From positions 177,239 through 241,238 of the forward strand of contig NIVC01000596.1 in the NCBI GenBank assembly GCA_002269645.1: 64,000 nucleotides of DNA. Direction: 5' to 3'. The stretch is from Macrostomum lignano. Its lineage: Eukaryota. Position 1 is the first letter of the stretch; every line of letters starts with the position of its first letter. The translations under genes and the position numbers were made by a program. The notes beneath the pieces were generated by a model. The model did no database searches. It worked only from the letters and a program-made list of their open reading frames with translations, and was not told the DNA's origin. Positions 11,627-24,345 of this stretch are shown here, one piece after another.

Positions 11627-14600
11627 ATGTCTCTAGCAGGATTTAGAAAGCAACTCAACAAAGCCAACCAGGTAAGATTTCAATACATAGAGAGATAAGG
11701 TAATATTGTAATAATAATAATAATAATATAATATTGTAATTTATTTATATTGGGTTTACCTTAAGTTTAGTCCTAGTGGCTAAGGCTTAATTTAATACTA
11801 GGGGCATAATAGTATAGCTGCCAGCATAATATCATTCAACAGTTTCTATATATCTTTTCATAACTTATACTTATAGAATGAATAAATGAATAAATAAATT
11901 TATTAAATTTAAATTTAATAATTAAACTTATTTATTATTATTAAAGTGAAATTGCTAAAACAATATAATATTTAGCAATTTTCCTCTTTCATTTGTTAAA
12001 TTAATTTTTCATTTGAACACAAATAGTACTAACTTAAAACAACAAAAAACAATAACAGTATGTTGGGGAAACCTTTATAGCATTTAGAAAAGCATAAAAT
12101 TGAAATTGCACCAAGGCATATAAGAAAGTGAAGCAACAACTATCTTTTAACAATTGTCTATGGTTAAAACTGTAGGGATATCAATAGAAAGCATGATAAA
12201 GTTCAAAAGTCAAAACTTTGAAGTTTGGTTTATAGGGGGTAATACCATACTACAGATCATGTTGTATACACTAGAGGTCGGACGGGATCCCGATCCCAAT
12301 CCCGAAATCTCGGGATCCCGAGGAAAATTGAATTCCCATGGGACCAGAATCCCAACCCTAAAAAACTCAAGATTCGAGAACAGGTCTTCTGATTAATAAT
12401 TTATAGAATTAGTGATTACTTGAAGGTATTTTGCTTTAACTTGTACTCGTTACATTATTTACTTTGTTGGTTACAAAACTTCATATCCATTTCGTTATGT
12501 TTTACTTCTTGATCTTGACAATCTGTTTATGTTTAACTTTACATGGACAATACACTAAAAGACCTGATCCCGAATCCCGATCCCAATCCCGATCCTGAGA
12601 AAAAAATTATTCCCAATCCCAATCCTGCCCAAAGATTTCAATCCTGTCCGACCTCTAGTATACGCCTGAAAATTCGGGCGTGCATTGGCCTTGCACGCCA
12701 AAATTAGGCGTGCACAGTTGGCGTGCATCACTTCTAAGAAGAGAGTATGCATGCACACCTGGCATGCACTTTATGGAATCACGTGTAAGAGTAATTGTGA
12801 AGTAGAAAAAAGATGAATAAGTTCATTTTTAAGTCCAAATTTCAAGCTTTCCCATTTTTTAGCTCGTAAAAAAGCATTTAAACACATTTTTGCGTGTATT
12901 AACTGTAAAATATATAAATATAAATAATTTGCCATAAAATAGTATTGCCGAAAAAGCATAAAAAGCAACCAAATTATCTGGTAATAAGGGTCTATTATAC
13001 AATTTAAAAGAATTTATTTATTGTCACAACATAAAAAAGGTCATTTATTGTCGCAACACCGGTATATTTTTGAGAATTGGCGTGCACTACATTTTTTCGT
13101 GCATTTGTAATTATTCAATTTTTGTTCAGGTGTGCACCCAGCATGATCCGGACTATGGGGGTAATAGTGGGCAATTCAAAAGAGTATATTGCCAAAAGTG
13201 TTCTGTGGGTGCATTTTCTGTTATATGAATTCCTTGAAATGTGACTCAAAGAGGGCCTGGCTTGTACTATGCATAGCTTGAAACTTTGCCTCATAAATGC
13301 GCAACAGTTGGCCAAGATGGCCAATCTGGCTGACCAATTTGGTGGCCAACTAAGGAAGCTACAAAAATGCCCACCCGAAAAAATACCGAAGTAGTAGTAC
13401 TAAGTAGCTGACAAGGCATTTTGGCTTAATAAGACAGTTATAGTTACTCCTGCCATTTACCCAAAGTTGCGTTAATTTTGCTTTAGGGTTTTGTTACATG
13501 TAAGTCATATTTTTTCGGCCAACCGAATTTTCAAGGTTGTGCATGTATCGATGTATGCTTGGTTTCATAGTGTGCCCATGTCTCCTTGATAAGGTTTTTA
13601 TGCATAGTTGGGTCTTGACTCTTGAGGATTAACAAATGAGAGCTGATGGTTGACAACAGCATGATTCTGGAGCTGGGCATATGCTTGCCATCCATTAGTA
13701 ATCACATGTGTACTAGGGAGAATGTGGTGTTGAATCAAAGGTAGCAGCATTGCAGCAGTGCGGTTAGGAATAGCAATCATCACACACTTCCTGGCACCAC
13801 ATTCAACCATGCCTAGTATCCACTATCTAGGCCAATGGGCACCTTGGTGTTACTTTCGGTGAAAGAAATAGGATTTGTCTATCTCTATATCTCTACCAGG
13901 ACCACCTAGTTCCACTGGATAGTCAATCAGGTACTAAGAACAAATGCCCCTAATGAAGTTTTGCCAGTCAACAATAGCATTATGCCAATGTTGCATTGTC
14001 ATTGACACTCACCCTGCTTTGCTTCTGTAGCCTACCAACAAATGAGATCTAGCAGCTGCTGCAACATAAGATGACTAGCTTCAAAAAGTTAGCCTTTCCA
14101 AATTGACACCTGAGCATGACAGCTAGTGCATGCCCATGCTAGTCCATCCAAGAATTGGTCACCTATATGCCATTGCAATCATATCTGTGGTGCCATTATA
14201 TTGCTGGAGTGGCGCCACCTCCAAGGCAGGTCAAGCAAGACCATTGGTTACCTTCTAATCCTAACCCTAACCCTAACCTTTATCCTAAAGCATTGGCATT
14301 TCAGTAATTCTCACCAAGAGTCATTATAGCACTACAGCACTATAGCAATTCCCTGCAAGCCTCAACATCTTAGGGATTCCTAAAGGAATTTCTTAACTTG
14401 GATATGACACTTCTTTTATCACTAGGAAATAGTCTAGGATAAAATTCTTTTATTTGGCATATCCAACAAAATCATGTGATTTTTTATTTTGTGCAAATTA
14501 CTTTTTACTTGTTGCACTTAATGATTTTAGAACTTTATAGATTCCAAATTACAGATTAGTAAAAAGAGTAATTTTTATTACCTGATTGCAAGAATAAAGT

Positions 14601-17600
14601 TATGTCTGTTAAATGCTTTGATTTTTGTTTGTAATATATTTTTTTGTAATTAAAGTAGATTCTGCATAATTTAATATGATCATACTCATTTTTATTTTGA
14701 AAGCAGTATTTATTGTTTAGTATTGACTTGGTTTTTTACTTTCATGATTAAGATTTGCAGAATTGCTGTTTTGTTAACTGCAATATCACAAGCACACTTT
14801 CAAAAAATTGTATAATTTCATTTTTTATCAAATTTTGCAACACATCTTGTTTTAAAGTTTTGTTGCATAATTGCATTTTTTAGCTCAATTGCTGAATATA
14901 TACTATATATTTATCAATATTAGTATTTATGATGTTAGTAGAAACTTATTAGCCATGTTGCATATATATAGGACTATCATATATAAGATAATCATATAAG
15001 ATTATTAACTCAGGAGTCACATCAAAACCTTTAAAAAAATAACCTGTTGGTCATAATCAAATAACTGTTTTGGCCTGACCAATCCACCAGTTTTGTCAAA
15101 GAATTTTTTAACAAAGACCATTTCAGAAAAATAAAAATTAAAACAGTCTTTTTTGGAAAAGGTAGTATTTGCTAGGTGTGTTAACTTGGCTTGACCTTGT
15201 TCAACCTAACCATTGCAGTTTATAATGAGAGTAGAGCACTTAATATGGGTAAAAATGCTAGATAATATGTACAATATGTCTATTTTTGCCTTTAAATAAA
15301 TCTATCTCTATTACTTGCACCCCCACACAGATGTTGAGTGAGCGAATTGCTGGCACTAAAGGCACAGAGCTTGATACTGACTTTCTAGAAATGGAAAGGG
15401 TATGTCTCCAAATCATATTTATTTTAATTTAATATATGACACTCTAAATGATAGTTATTTTCTTTTGAATGTTTAGAAAATTGGAGTTGCAAATAAAATG
15501 GTTGACGACTTGATTACTAAAACCACAGATACTATAAACACTGGATGGGCCGCTCAGGCTAATTTTCTGGGCAAGTTTTTTATTCTACTTTCTGCTTAGT
15601 AGCAATGAAAGGAAGCAACAGTATTATTTGCTAAATTAGACAAATCGAGTGACTGTTTTTAAGACATCGTTTTGCTAACGCCATAAACAACTAACTTGTT
15701 TTGTGCAGTAATGGTGTACATTAAGACGCGACAGACAGTGTGCAATGCCGCTATCTTTCAAAGTGGAGGAAGGGGGGTAGTCTGGAATAGGGTTAATATC
15801 AGTTTCGTATAAGGCAGGGTGAGTGGATCGATAATTTAGGCCCACTGGTGGTGGGATAGAAAATAAAGGACTGCACATAGCTAGCCTGGGTTAGGGGTGG
15901 GGGTTGAGAGGTTGTGGGTTAGAAAATTTGGGGGTGGCGAATCGTGCTTAAATACAAGCTTATATAGATGAACAGGACAAGAGTCAGAGTTAAAGAAAGT
16001 TCGAGTGCATACTAGCTTTTCTATCTAATCTTGTACTCGAGAAATGTTTTGATTCGAACCACTGCTGTGCTCCCACTTGCACGAGCTTTGTACTAGTGCT
16101 ATTAACATCCGAGAAAGAAAAATCCGTTGCGAATGCATAAATTACCAAAAGATGACACTGGCGAAGCGCTGGCAGCAGCTACTGCAGGAGCGTGGATATT
16201 GACCTTTATAAACAATTAAATCACGGGGCCTCCGTGTGTTCAGCTTGCACTTTATGGACGAGGCCTACTGCTGCCTTACAAAGTGCCACGGATGTGCAAG
16301 ACATCTGTTTTCGCTGGGACGCAATCCCACACCAAGAGTTGATGCTGCCTCGGCTCGTTCAAATAGACCAGCTACCCTCTGTGCAAAGGACTGATAAACG
16401 ATGAAGAGGCAGACGACATGTACCCTCCAGTGCTGGGGCCAATTAGCAATCTATCTGCAGCCGAGCCTGCGACTTGCCTGCTGCCAGTGCTGTGGCAGAG
16501 CAACCTTCGGCTACCAGATTCTGCGCCGAGAACAGCTGTTGCGGCTGAAAGCTCTCACCTCTGCAGCCGATTCGCGGGTTCCAAGCGCTAGAGGCAACGA
16601 TCAAGCGGCTGCAGCAACGATCCCGAGGCCGAAAGTGACAGGCGAATCAAGCGGCTGCAGCGGCAATCCCGAAAGCGACAGGCAAATCAAGCGGCTGCAG
16701 CGGCAATCCCGAAAGCGACAGGCAAATCAAGCGGCTGCAGCGGCAATCCCGAAAACGACAGGCAAATCAAGCGGCTGCAGCGGCAATCCCGAAAGCGACA
16801 GGCAAATCAAGCGGCTGCAGCGGCAACATTCGATGGTCAAGGCAAGTGCAGCGCAGTCGTGCATCCATGGACTGTGGAGGCGTGGCTAGCGCAGCTTCCA
16901 GCGGTCGACTGGGCGGCAGGGCGCTCGCAGTCAGGGGTGCTCTGGTCAAAGGATGTCATCTCATCAGCAGCTCATTGCAGCTGCACCACAAAAGTCCTGC
17001 TGCTTATCGGCTGCCTGTTACGAAACCACTGAGGATTGGCTCTCCATCGGATACATCCCTGGACCTTGAAGTGGCGCATTCGCCAGTTTTTTTTCATCTG
17101 TTGGGCCGTTCTGAATGCTGCCTCTGAACAAGGGCGACTGGCGACCCTGTTCTTCAACAGCACGCTGCGAGTTTCACAAACAGATGAGCTGATTAAGATG
17201 AGAAATCTTTCTATTTTGCTACACGAATATGGATTATGGAGTATATGATATAGCTCGTATTTGCTAAATATACAATAGTTGACTGCAATAATATAGCCTT
17301 CTATGCAATCTAAAGCATTCACAATGTTGCTTTGAATTGTGGAAAGTATAATTATAAGTTTCTTTTTGCAAAAAAATCAATACAATTGCTGCATTGCATT
17401 CATCTGTTTTTTATTTTTAAAAAATATAAATAACGCTAAAATGTTTTTACTACTACTAAGCAGAAAGTGGAGTAAACTGTCGTGTTGTGAGGATTGGCTG
17501 GAGTGGCCTGTCTAGTGTTTATAGTATCTGTGACTAAAACTCAAGAATATCTGCAGCCAAATCCTAGTAAGCAATAGTATCTTATTCATTCTTATCAAGT

Positions 17601-20600
17601 TGATTTTCTGTGAAATTTTATTTTCAAATTTAAAAAATTCTTTCTTTTAGTGGCCCGCGTTCGCCTTACCGCTGCCAAAGGATTTAACAATCTGCAGAAC
17701 AAAGGTCGCAATCTGTCTTACCCCCAGCCTGAGGGCATCCTTGGCGACTGCATGATAAAGCATGGCAACGATCTTGGTCATGACTCTTGTCTAGGTGAGA
17801 CTTGTGACCTTTCACCGTTTGAGTCAGTTACCTCCAGCCATTTGAGTCAGTTACCTCCAGCCATTTGAGTCAGTTACCTCCAGCCATTTGAGTCAGTTAC
17901 CTCCAGCCATTTGAGTCAGTTACCTGCAGCCATTTGAGTCAGTTACCTGCAGCCATTTGAGTCAGTTACCTCCAGCCATTTGAGTCAGTTACCTCCAGCC
18001 ATTTGAGTCAGTTACCTCCAGCCATTTGAGTCAGTTACCTCCAGCCATTTGAGTCAGTTACCTCCAGCCATTTGAGTCAGTTACCTCCAGCCATTTGAGT
18101 CAGTTACCTGCAGCCATTTGAGTCAGTTACCTGCAGCCATTTGAGTCAGTTTCTCTCGCCATTTGAGTCAGTTACCTCCAGCCATTTGAGTCAGTTACCT
18201 CCAGCCATTTGAGTCAGTTACCTCCAGCCATTTGAGTCAGTTACCTGCAGCCATTTGAGTCAGTTACCTGCAGCCATTTGAGTCAGTTTCTCTCGCCATT
18301 TGAGTCAGTTACCTCCAGCTATTTGAGTCAGTTACCTCCAGCTATTTGAGTCAGTTACCTCCAGCCATTTGAGTCAGTTACCTCCAGCCATTTGAGTCAG
18401 TTACCTCCAGCCATTTGAGTCAGTTACCTCCAGCCATTTGAGTCAGTTACCTGCAGCCATTTGAGTCAGTTACCTGCAGCCATTTGAGTCAGTTTCTCTC
18501 GCCATTTGAGTCAGTTACCTCCAGCTATTTGAGTCAGTTACCTCCAGCTATTTGAGTCAGTTACCTCCAGCTATTTGAGTCAGTTACCTCCAGCTATTTG
18601 AGTCAGTTACCTCCAGCTATTTGAGTCAGTTACCTCCAGCCATTTGAGTCAGTTACCTTCTGCCATTTGAGTCAGTTACCTCCAGCTATTTGAGTCAGTT
18701 ACCTTCTGCCATTTGAGTCAGTTACCTCCAGCCATTTGAGTCAGTTACCTCCAGCCATTTGAGTCAGTTACCTTCTGCCATTTGAGTCAGTTACCTCCAG
18801 CTATTTGAGTCAGTTACCTCCAGCCATTTGAGTCAGTTACCTCCAGCCATTTGAGTCAGTTACCTCCAGCCATTTGAGTCAGTTACCTCCAGCTATTTGA
18901 GTCAGTTACCTCCAGCTATTTGAGTCAGTTACCTCCAGCCATTTGAGTCAGTTACCTCCAGCTATTTGAGTCAGTTACCTCCAGCCATTTGAGTCAGTTA
19001 CCTCCAGCCATTTGAGTCAGTTACCTCCAGCCATTTGAGTCAGTTACCTCCAGCCATTTGAGTCAGTTACCTCCAGCCATTTGAGTCAGTTACCTCCAGC
19101 TATTTGAGTCAGTTACCTCCAGCTATTTGAGTCAGTTACCTCCAGCTATTTGAGTCAGTTACCTCCAGCTATTTGAGTCAGTTACCTCCAGCTATTTGAG
19201 TCAGTTACCTCCAGCTATTTGAGTCAGTTACCTCCAGCTATTTGAGTCAGTTACCTCCAGCTATTTGAGTCAGTTACCTCCAGCTATTTGAGTCAGTTAC
19301 CTCCAGCTATTTGAGTCAGTTACCTCCAAGTCATTTGAAAGCGGTTTGATCAAGGTGTACAGAAATGAGTCAGCAAGCGTTTCTGTTTAACTTAATCCAG
19401 GTGAAGCCCTCATTGACAGCGGTGAGGCCTACAAGCAGATGGCTGAGATCAAATACAGCCTAGAGGACAGTGTTAAGCAGAATTTTCTAGACCCATTCAC
19501 CGCCATGCAGAATCGCGATCTGAAAGAGATTAATGTGAGTCTAGTTTTATTTAATTTTTTAAATGCTCTCCAATAGTGTAAACTAAGCTTTATTCTTGTA
19601 TAATAATTTTAGCATCATCTCAAGAAGCTGGAAGGTCGTCGACTAGACTTCGACTGCAAGAAGCGTAAAGGTAAATATACCTTATTATCAATATCATGAT
19701 CGGAAACTGCAGATTATTACAAATTTGATAATTTGTTCACCAACTACATGTACCTTACTGAATTGCAGGGGAAGGTAAAGTATCTAGGAAGCCTGTATAC
19801 TTTTGAAATAGATCAGTATTTTTTAATCCATTTTACTCAACATCCCTGCAAAGCTTGTTAGACAAAAACATCATCTGTTAGACAGGAGCATCACCTGTTA
19901 GACAGGAGCATCACCTGTTAGACTAGAGCATCACCTGTTAGACTAGAGCATCACCTGTTAGACAGGAGCATCACCTGTTAGACTAGAGCATCACCTGTTA
20001 GACAGGGGCATCACCTGTTAGACAGGAGCATCACCTGTTAGACAGGAGCATCACCTGTTAGACTAGAGCATCACCTGTTAGACAGGATCATCACCTGTTA
20101 GACTAGAGCATCACCTGTTAGACTAGAGCATCACCTGTTAGACAGGATCATCACCTGTTAGACAGAAGCATCACCTGTTAGACAGAAGCATCACCTGTTA
20201 GACAGAAGCATCACCTGTTAGACAGGAGCATCACCTGTTAGACAGGAGCATCACCTGTTAGACAGAAGCATCACCTGTTAGACTGGAGCATCACCTGTTA
20301 GACTAGAGCATCACCTGTTAGACTAGAGCATCACCTGTTAGACAGGAGCATCACCTGTTAGACAGGAGCATTACCTGTTAGACAGAAGCATCACCTGTTA
20401 GACAGGAGCATCACCTGTTAGACAGAAGCATCGTCTGTTAGACAGGAGCATCACCTGTTAGACAGGAGCATCACCTGTTAGACAGGAGCATCACCTGTTA
20501 GACAGGAGTATCGTCTGTTAGACAGGAGCATCACCTGTTAGACAGAAGCATCACCTGTTAGACAGGAGCATCACCTGTTAGACAGGAGTATCGTCTGTTA

Positions 20601-23393
20601 GACAGGAGCATCACCTGTTAGGCAGAAGCATCACCTGTTAGACAGGAGCATCACCTGTTAGACAGGGGCATCACCTGTTAGACAGGAGCATCGTCTGTTA
20701 GACAGGAGCATCACCTGTTAGACAGAAGCATCACCTGTTAGACAGGAGCATCACCTGTTAGACAGGAGTATCGTCTGTTAGACAGAAGCATCACCTGTTA
20801 GACAGGAGCATCACCTGTTAGACAGGAGCATCACCTGTTAGACAGGAGTATCGTCTGTTAGACAGGAGCATCACCTGTTAGACAGAAGCATCAAGGAATT
20901 TTTAACTTCGCTAGTGCTCCATAAAGCGCAACTTTTATTGCATGCAATTAGCGTCAATTCTTGTACGAGCGTATGCAGATTTTAATTGCCCAAATTTTGC
21001 TGGACAGAAAACAGATTATTTCAAAAAATTAGTCTGTTAATTGTTCTACCTATCAATTCCCCCCCAATTCTTCCCTAATCCAGGCGGCAGCAGACCAAAC
21101 GAGGACGATTTGCACGCGGCCGAAGATAAATTCGTTGAATCGAAAAATTTGGCCGAAAATGCGATGGTCAATTTTTTGAATTCTGATGTAAATTCAAAAC
21201 GATTTTTTTGTTCTACTATTAGTAGACTAGTTTCAAGTTATATTATTTTATTGAACTGACTAACAATCAGATCAATATGAGTAAAATGATAAGGATGATA
21301 CGCTTTATTGTTTCTTGGAAACTTTTTGAAGGCTCAAAATGCAATTAGCTTGGGTAAGTAGCTTGCACGCAAATGGTGGTTCATTTACATGAAGTTGTGA
21401 TTAAGAGGGAACTGTTATTTCTTTTAGCATAGTCTTTATAATCAACACTTTATGGAAGAATTCTAGACTTTTAGAAAATAAGAGCCTTCATAACATTTTC
21501 CAAGAAACGGTTTTTGTTTCTTACGAGTGTCATGGCACGTTGATTCTTATTTTTAGGGTTAACGAAATTTAACAGTTAATATTCAATATTGATGAGTGTT
21601 TGACTTACCAGCCATTTGACTACCGACAATTCGACCGCCGACCCAACCTAAGCCCTAGCTAAACCCTAACCTAAACCTTGACCTAAACCTTAATATAAAC
21701 CCTAACCTAAACCGAAACCTTACCCTGAGCCTTAAAATAAACCCTAACTTAAACCATAGCCTAAACGCTAACCTAAATCCTAACCTAAACCCTAACCTAA
21801 ACCCTCACCTAAGCCTTAGCCTAAACGCTAACCTAAATCCTAACCTAAACCCTAACCTAAACCCTCATCTAAGCTCTAACCTAAACCTAAACTTAAAACT
21901 AATTAAACTTAAAACTATAACTTAAATATTGCAATTAAATACCGGTCTCTTTAATTACAACATACATTGCAAACAAAGATAATGCCTATCAGCATTAAAT
22001 CACCTCGCAGGCTGAACACGTCTCGGCCATGTACGAGCTGGTCTCAGCCGAGCTGGTCTATCATCAGGAAGCCTGTCGGATTCTATCAAATCTGCAGACT
22101 AGATTGGAAACAAAGTGCGTCAATTTTCAATTCATGAAAATTATAAACTACTGCTCCTATTGTATTACTGTTAGTAGCAGTAGGATGATTTGAATTTTAA
22201 AATAATTTTCCGAATTTACAACAGGCGCTCCCAGGCCGCTAGTCGGCCCAAGTCCGAGCACGTGCCGTTCCGGCCAGTTGTACGCGGCGCCTCTAAAAGC
22301 AGCAGCATTAGTAGCGACCAGAGCGGCGCCAGATTTGGCGCCAGCGCCGGCGCCGGAGCAATCGGCGGCGCCGGAGCAATCGGCGGCGCCGGAGGAGGCA
22401 GCGGAGGCGATGCGTGGCGATTGTCGGCTAATGACAAATCGCAGGAGCCAGCTGGCCCAGCCATCAGCGTCAAGCCTCGACTGCAGGGTGAGCGACTGCA
22501 GGTGCTCTGGCTATTCCGGGGGGGGGCTTTTTGGTTGCTCTCTTCCTCTTTTCCCCTCTCCCCCTCTTTCCCCTCTTTTCCCTCTCCCCTCTTTTCCCTT
22601 TCCCTCTCTTTCCTCTCTTTCCTCTCTTTTCCGTCTCCCCCCTCTTTCCTTTCTTTACCCTCTCTTCCCCTCTCTTTACCCTCTCTTTCTCCTTTCTTTT
22701 CCTCTCTGGCCTTCTCCCTTCTGTCTCCTCCTTTTTCCTTTCTACATCCATTAACACTCCTTCCTCTCTTTCCCCTCTCCCCCCTTTTCCCCTCTCTTTC
22801 CCTCTTTTTTCCCTCTTTCCCCTCTCTTTCCCTCTCTTTCCCCTCTCTTTCCCCTCTCTTTCCCTCTTTTTTCCCTCTTTCCCCTCTCTTTCCCTCTCTT
22901 TCCCCTCTCTTTCCCTCTCTTTCCCCTCTCTTTCCCTCTTTTCCCCCCTCTTTTTCCCCCTCTTTCCCCTCTCTTTCCCCCTCTTTCCCCTCTCTTTCCC
23001 TCTTTTTCCCCTCTCTTTTCCTCTCTTTCCCTCCTCTCTCCTCTATCTCCCCCTTTTCCTTTCCTACATCCATTAACACTCCTACCTCCTTTCCTACTAA
23101 TTTTCTCTAAGTTCATTTTTTCCTCGCAGCAGCGCTAACGCTCCAGACACTTTGGGCCGCACAGAGTCACCCACTCACTGCCCCTCCCTCCCTCCGCAGC
23201 GAAGTCGGGCACGCCCACCTGCCGGGCTCTGTTCACCTTCACCGCCGAGAACAACACCGAGCTGGCATTCGACGAGGGTGACGTAATCCAACTAATTGCC
23301 CAGGTAGACGAGAACTGGTTCGAAGGCGAACTGAAAGGCAAGCGCGGCTTCTTCCCTGTGAACTACGTGGAGGTGATTGTGCCGCTGCCCTGA
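11627..23393 (+). CDS. SH3GL/EndoA: Endophilin-A (N-BAR + SH3). Exons: 11627-11671, 15331-15399, [15477-15570 and/or 17525-17566, unresolved], 17651-17794, 19401-19534, 19613-19670, 21084-21187, 22011-22114, 22225-22487, 23200-23393
   Basis: MSLAGFRKQLNKANQ; GTELDTDFLEMER; KTQEYLQPNP; YPQPEGILGDCM; VKQNFLDPF; HHLKKLEGRRLDFDCKKR; SH3 CRALFTF...ELAFDEGDVI...NWFEG...GFFPVNYVEVIVPLP*. Exon phases are compatible. Confidence 0.95.
12272..12657. mobile_element. hAT-like MITE, 386 bp, with gggatcccga/atccc subterminal repeats, in endophilin intron 1
   Basis: TIRs tagaggtcggac / gtccgacctcta; 8-bp TSD gtatacac / gtatacgc. Confidence 0.88.
13560..14060 (-). pseudogene. Degenerate Merlin (IS1595/ISXO2-like) DDE transposase fragment
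   Basis: Reverse-strand reading IVDWQNFIRGICS*...ELGGPGRDIEIDKSYFFHRK*HQG..*WILGMVECGARKCVMIAIPNRTAAMLLPLIQHHILP.THVITNGWQAY...HAVVNH..SFVNP matches the family pattern, with in-frame stops. Confidence 0.85.
16100..17100 (+). mobile_element. Possible highly decayed LTR retrotransposon (BEL/Pao-like gag/protease) remnant
   Basis: GC-richer island in an AT-rich intron with broken LLQERG..HGASVC..KCHGCARH motifs in shifting frames; similarity is weak and by eye only. Confidence 0.25.
16600..16825. repeat. 40-bp minisatellite, ~5-6 copies
   Basis: Unit cgacaggcaaatcaagcggctgcagcggcaatcccgaaag. Confidence 0.92.
17813..19330. repeat. 23-bp minisatellite, ~65 copies, each containing TGAGTCA, in an endophilin intron
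   Basis: Unit cctccagccatttgagtcagtta with gcc/gct and other variants. Confidence 0.97.
19860..20895. repeat. 20-bp self-complementary minisatellite, ~50 copies, in an endophilin intron
   Basis: Unit gacaggagcatcacctgtta. Confidence 0.97.
21630..21900. repeat. Degenerate CCCTAA/CCTAA telomere-like interstitial repeat
   Basis: aaccctaacctaa-type units. Confidence 0.8.
22530..23100. repeat. C/T-only low-complexity repeat filling the last endophilin intron
   Basis: ttcccctctct-type units between donor 22488 and acceptor 23199. Confidence 0.92.
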
Positions 23394-23989
23394 CAACCTG
23401 TCAACTGGCTAATTGGATCTCCGGATGACGTCAGTAACCCGCTATATTAGGGGTTTGATAAACTTCAGGTGAAAATATGATTGTTAGTACAAAAATCTTC
23501 TATCAGTGTTATTTCCTGTTAGTTGCCAAGCACTAAGTAGATGACGAAGCGCTTATATATTCAAAAATTGTAAATTTACTTCCGCCTTTTACCCATAGTG
23601 TCTTCGTAGCTTAACATACTTAGGTAAAGCTTTGAATCTTATAGGAATGAAAATTTTACATTGCCTGGGCCCCCTCAACTTCACTTTGTTTCATTGTTTC
23701 AAATTGCGAAGCTAAGGTGCTAAAAAAATAATTATTTATGCTTACACATTATATATAAATGTATGTATGAATTTGGACTCTCCATTCCCTTACTGGCTTA
23801 TCCAAATGTGACCCCTTTTTTGTTATAAATATTTATCAAAAAGCGTGCTATATACAGATTTCTATGAGTAGAAGAATTGTGCTATTTTTGTCAGTAGTTT
23901 ATATTTATGTCTGCCATCAGGGCCGTTGACTTGTGCCAGCAATTTGATTTATTTGACAGCTAGTGTGTTTAACAGCTAGTCATTTCAGC

Positions 23990-24345
23990 ATATCCAAAAC
24001 ACAGCGAACCCACCCCAAACTGTGCAGTGGCCCACCACGACCCCCACCCCAAACTGTGCAGTGGCCCACCACGACCCCCACCCCAAACTGTGCAGTGGCC
24101 CGCTACGACCCCCACCCCAAACTGTGCAGTGGCCCGCCACGACCCCCATCCCAAACTGTGCAGTGGCCCACCACCGCCACAACCCCAACTCAAGCTCTGC
24201 CTCCACCCCAAACTCCGCCACGACCCCCACTCCAAACTCCGCCACGACCCCCACCCCAAACTCCGCCACGACCCCCACCCCAAACTCCGCCACGACCTCC
24301 ACCCCAAACTCCGCCACGACCCTCACCACAAACTCTGCCACTAAA
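23990..24345. repeat. Adjacent 34-bp and 24-bp related minisatellites
   Basis: accccaaactgtgcagtggcccaccacgaccccc followed by accccaaactccgccacgaccccc. Confidence 0.9.

Noticed and set aside
17464-17500. Stop-codon reassignment to explain TAA/TGA in endophilin exon 3b
   Set aside because: TAA and TGA serve as normal stops in the other genes of the window
17813-20895. CRISPR-like regular repeats
   Set aside because: Head-to-tail units with no unique spacers, no cas genes, eukaryotic intron context; the same holds for all arrays here
21630-21900. Telomere or chromosome-fusion scar (also ~14265-14280 and ~45397-45415)
   Set aside because: Short, degenerate and intronic or embedded in dispersed repeats
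22470-23116. Lys/Arg/Glu-rich and Phe/Pro/Ser-rich ORFs
   Set aside because: C/T low-complexity intron bounded by the donor at 22488 and acceptor at 23199
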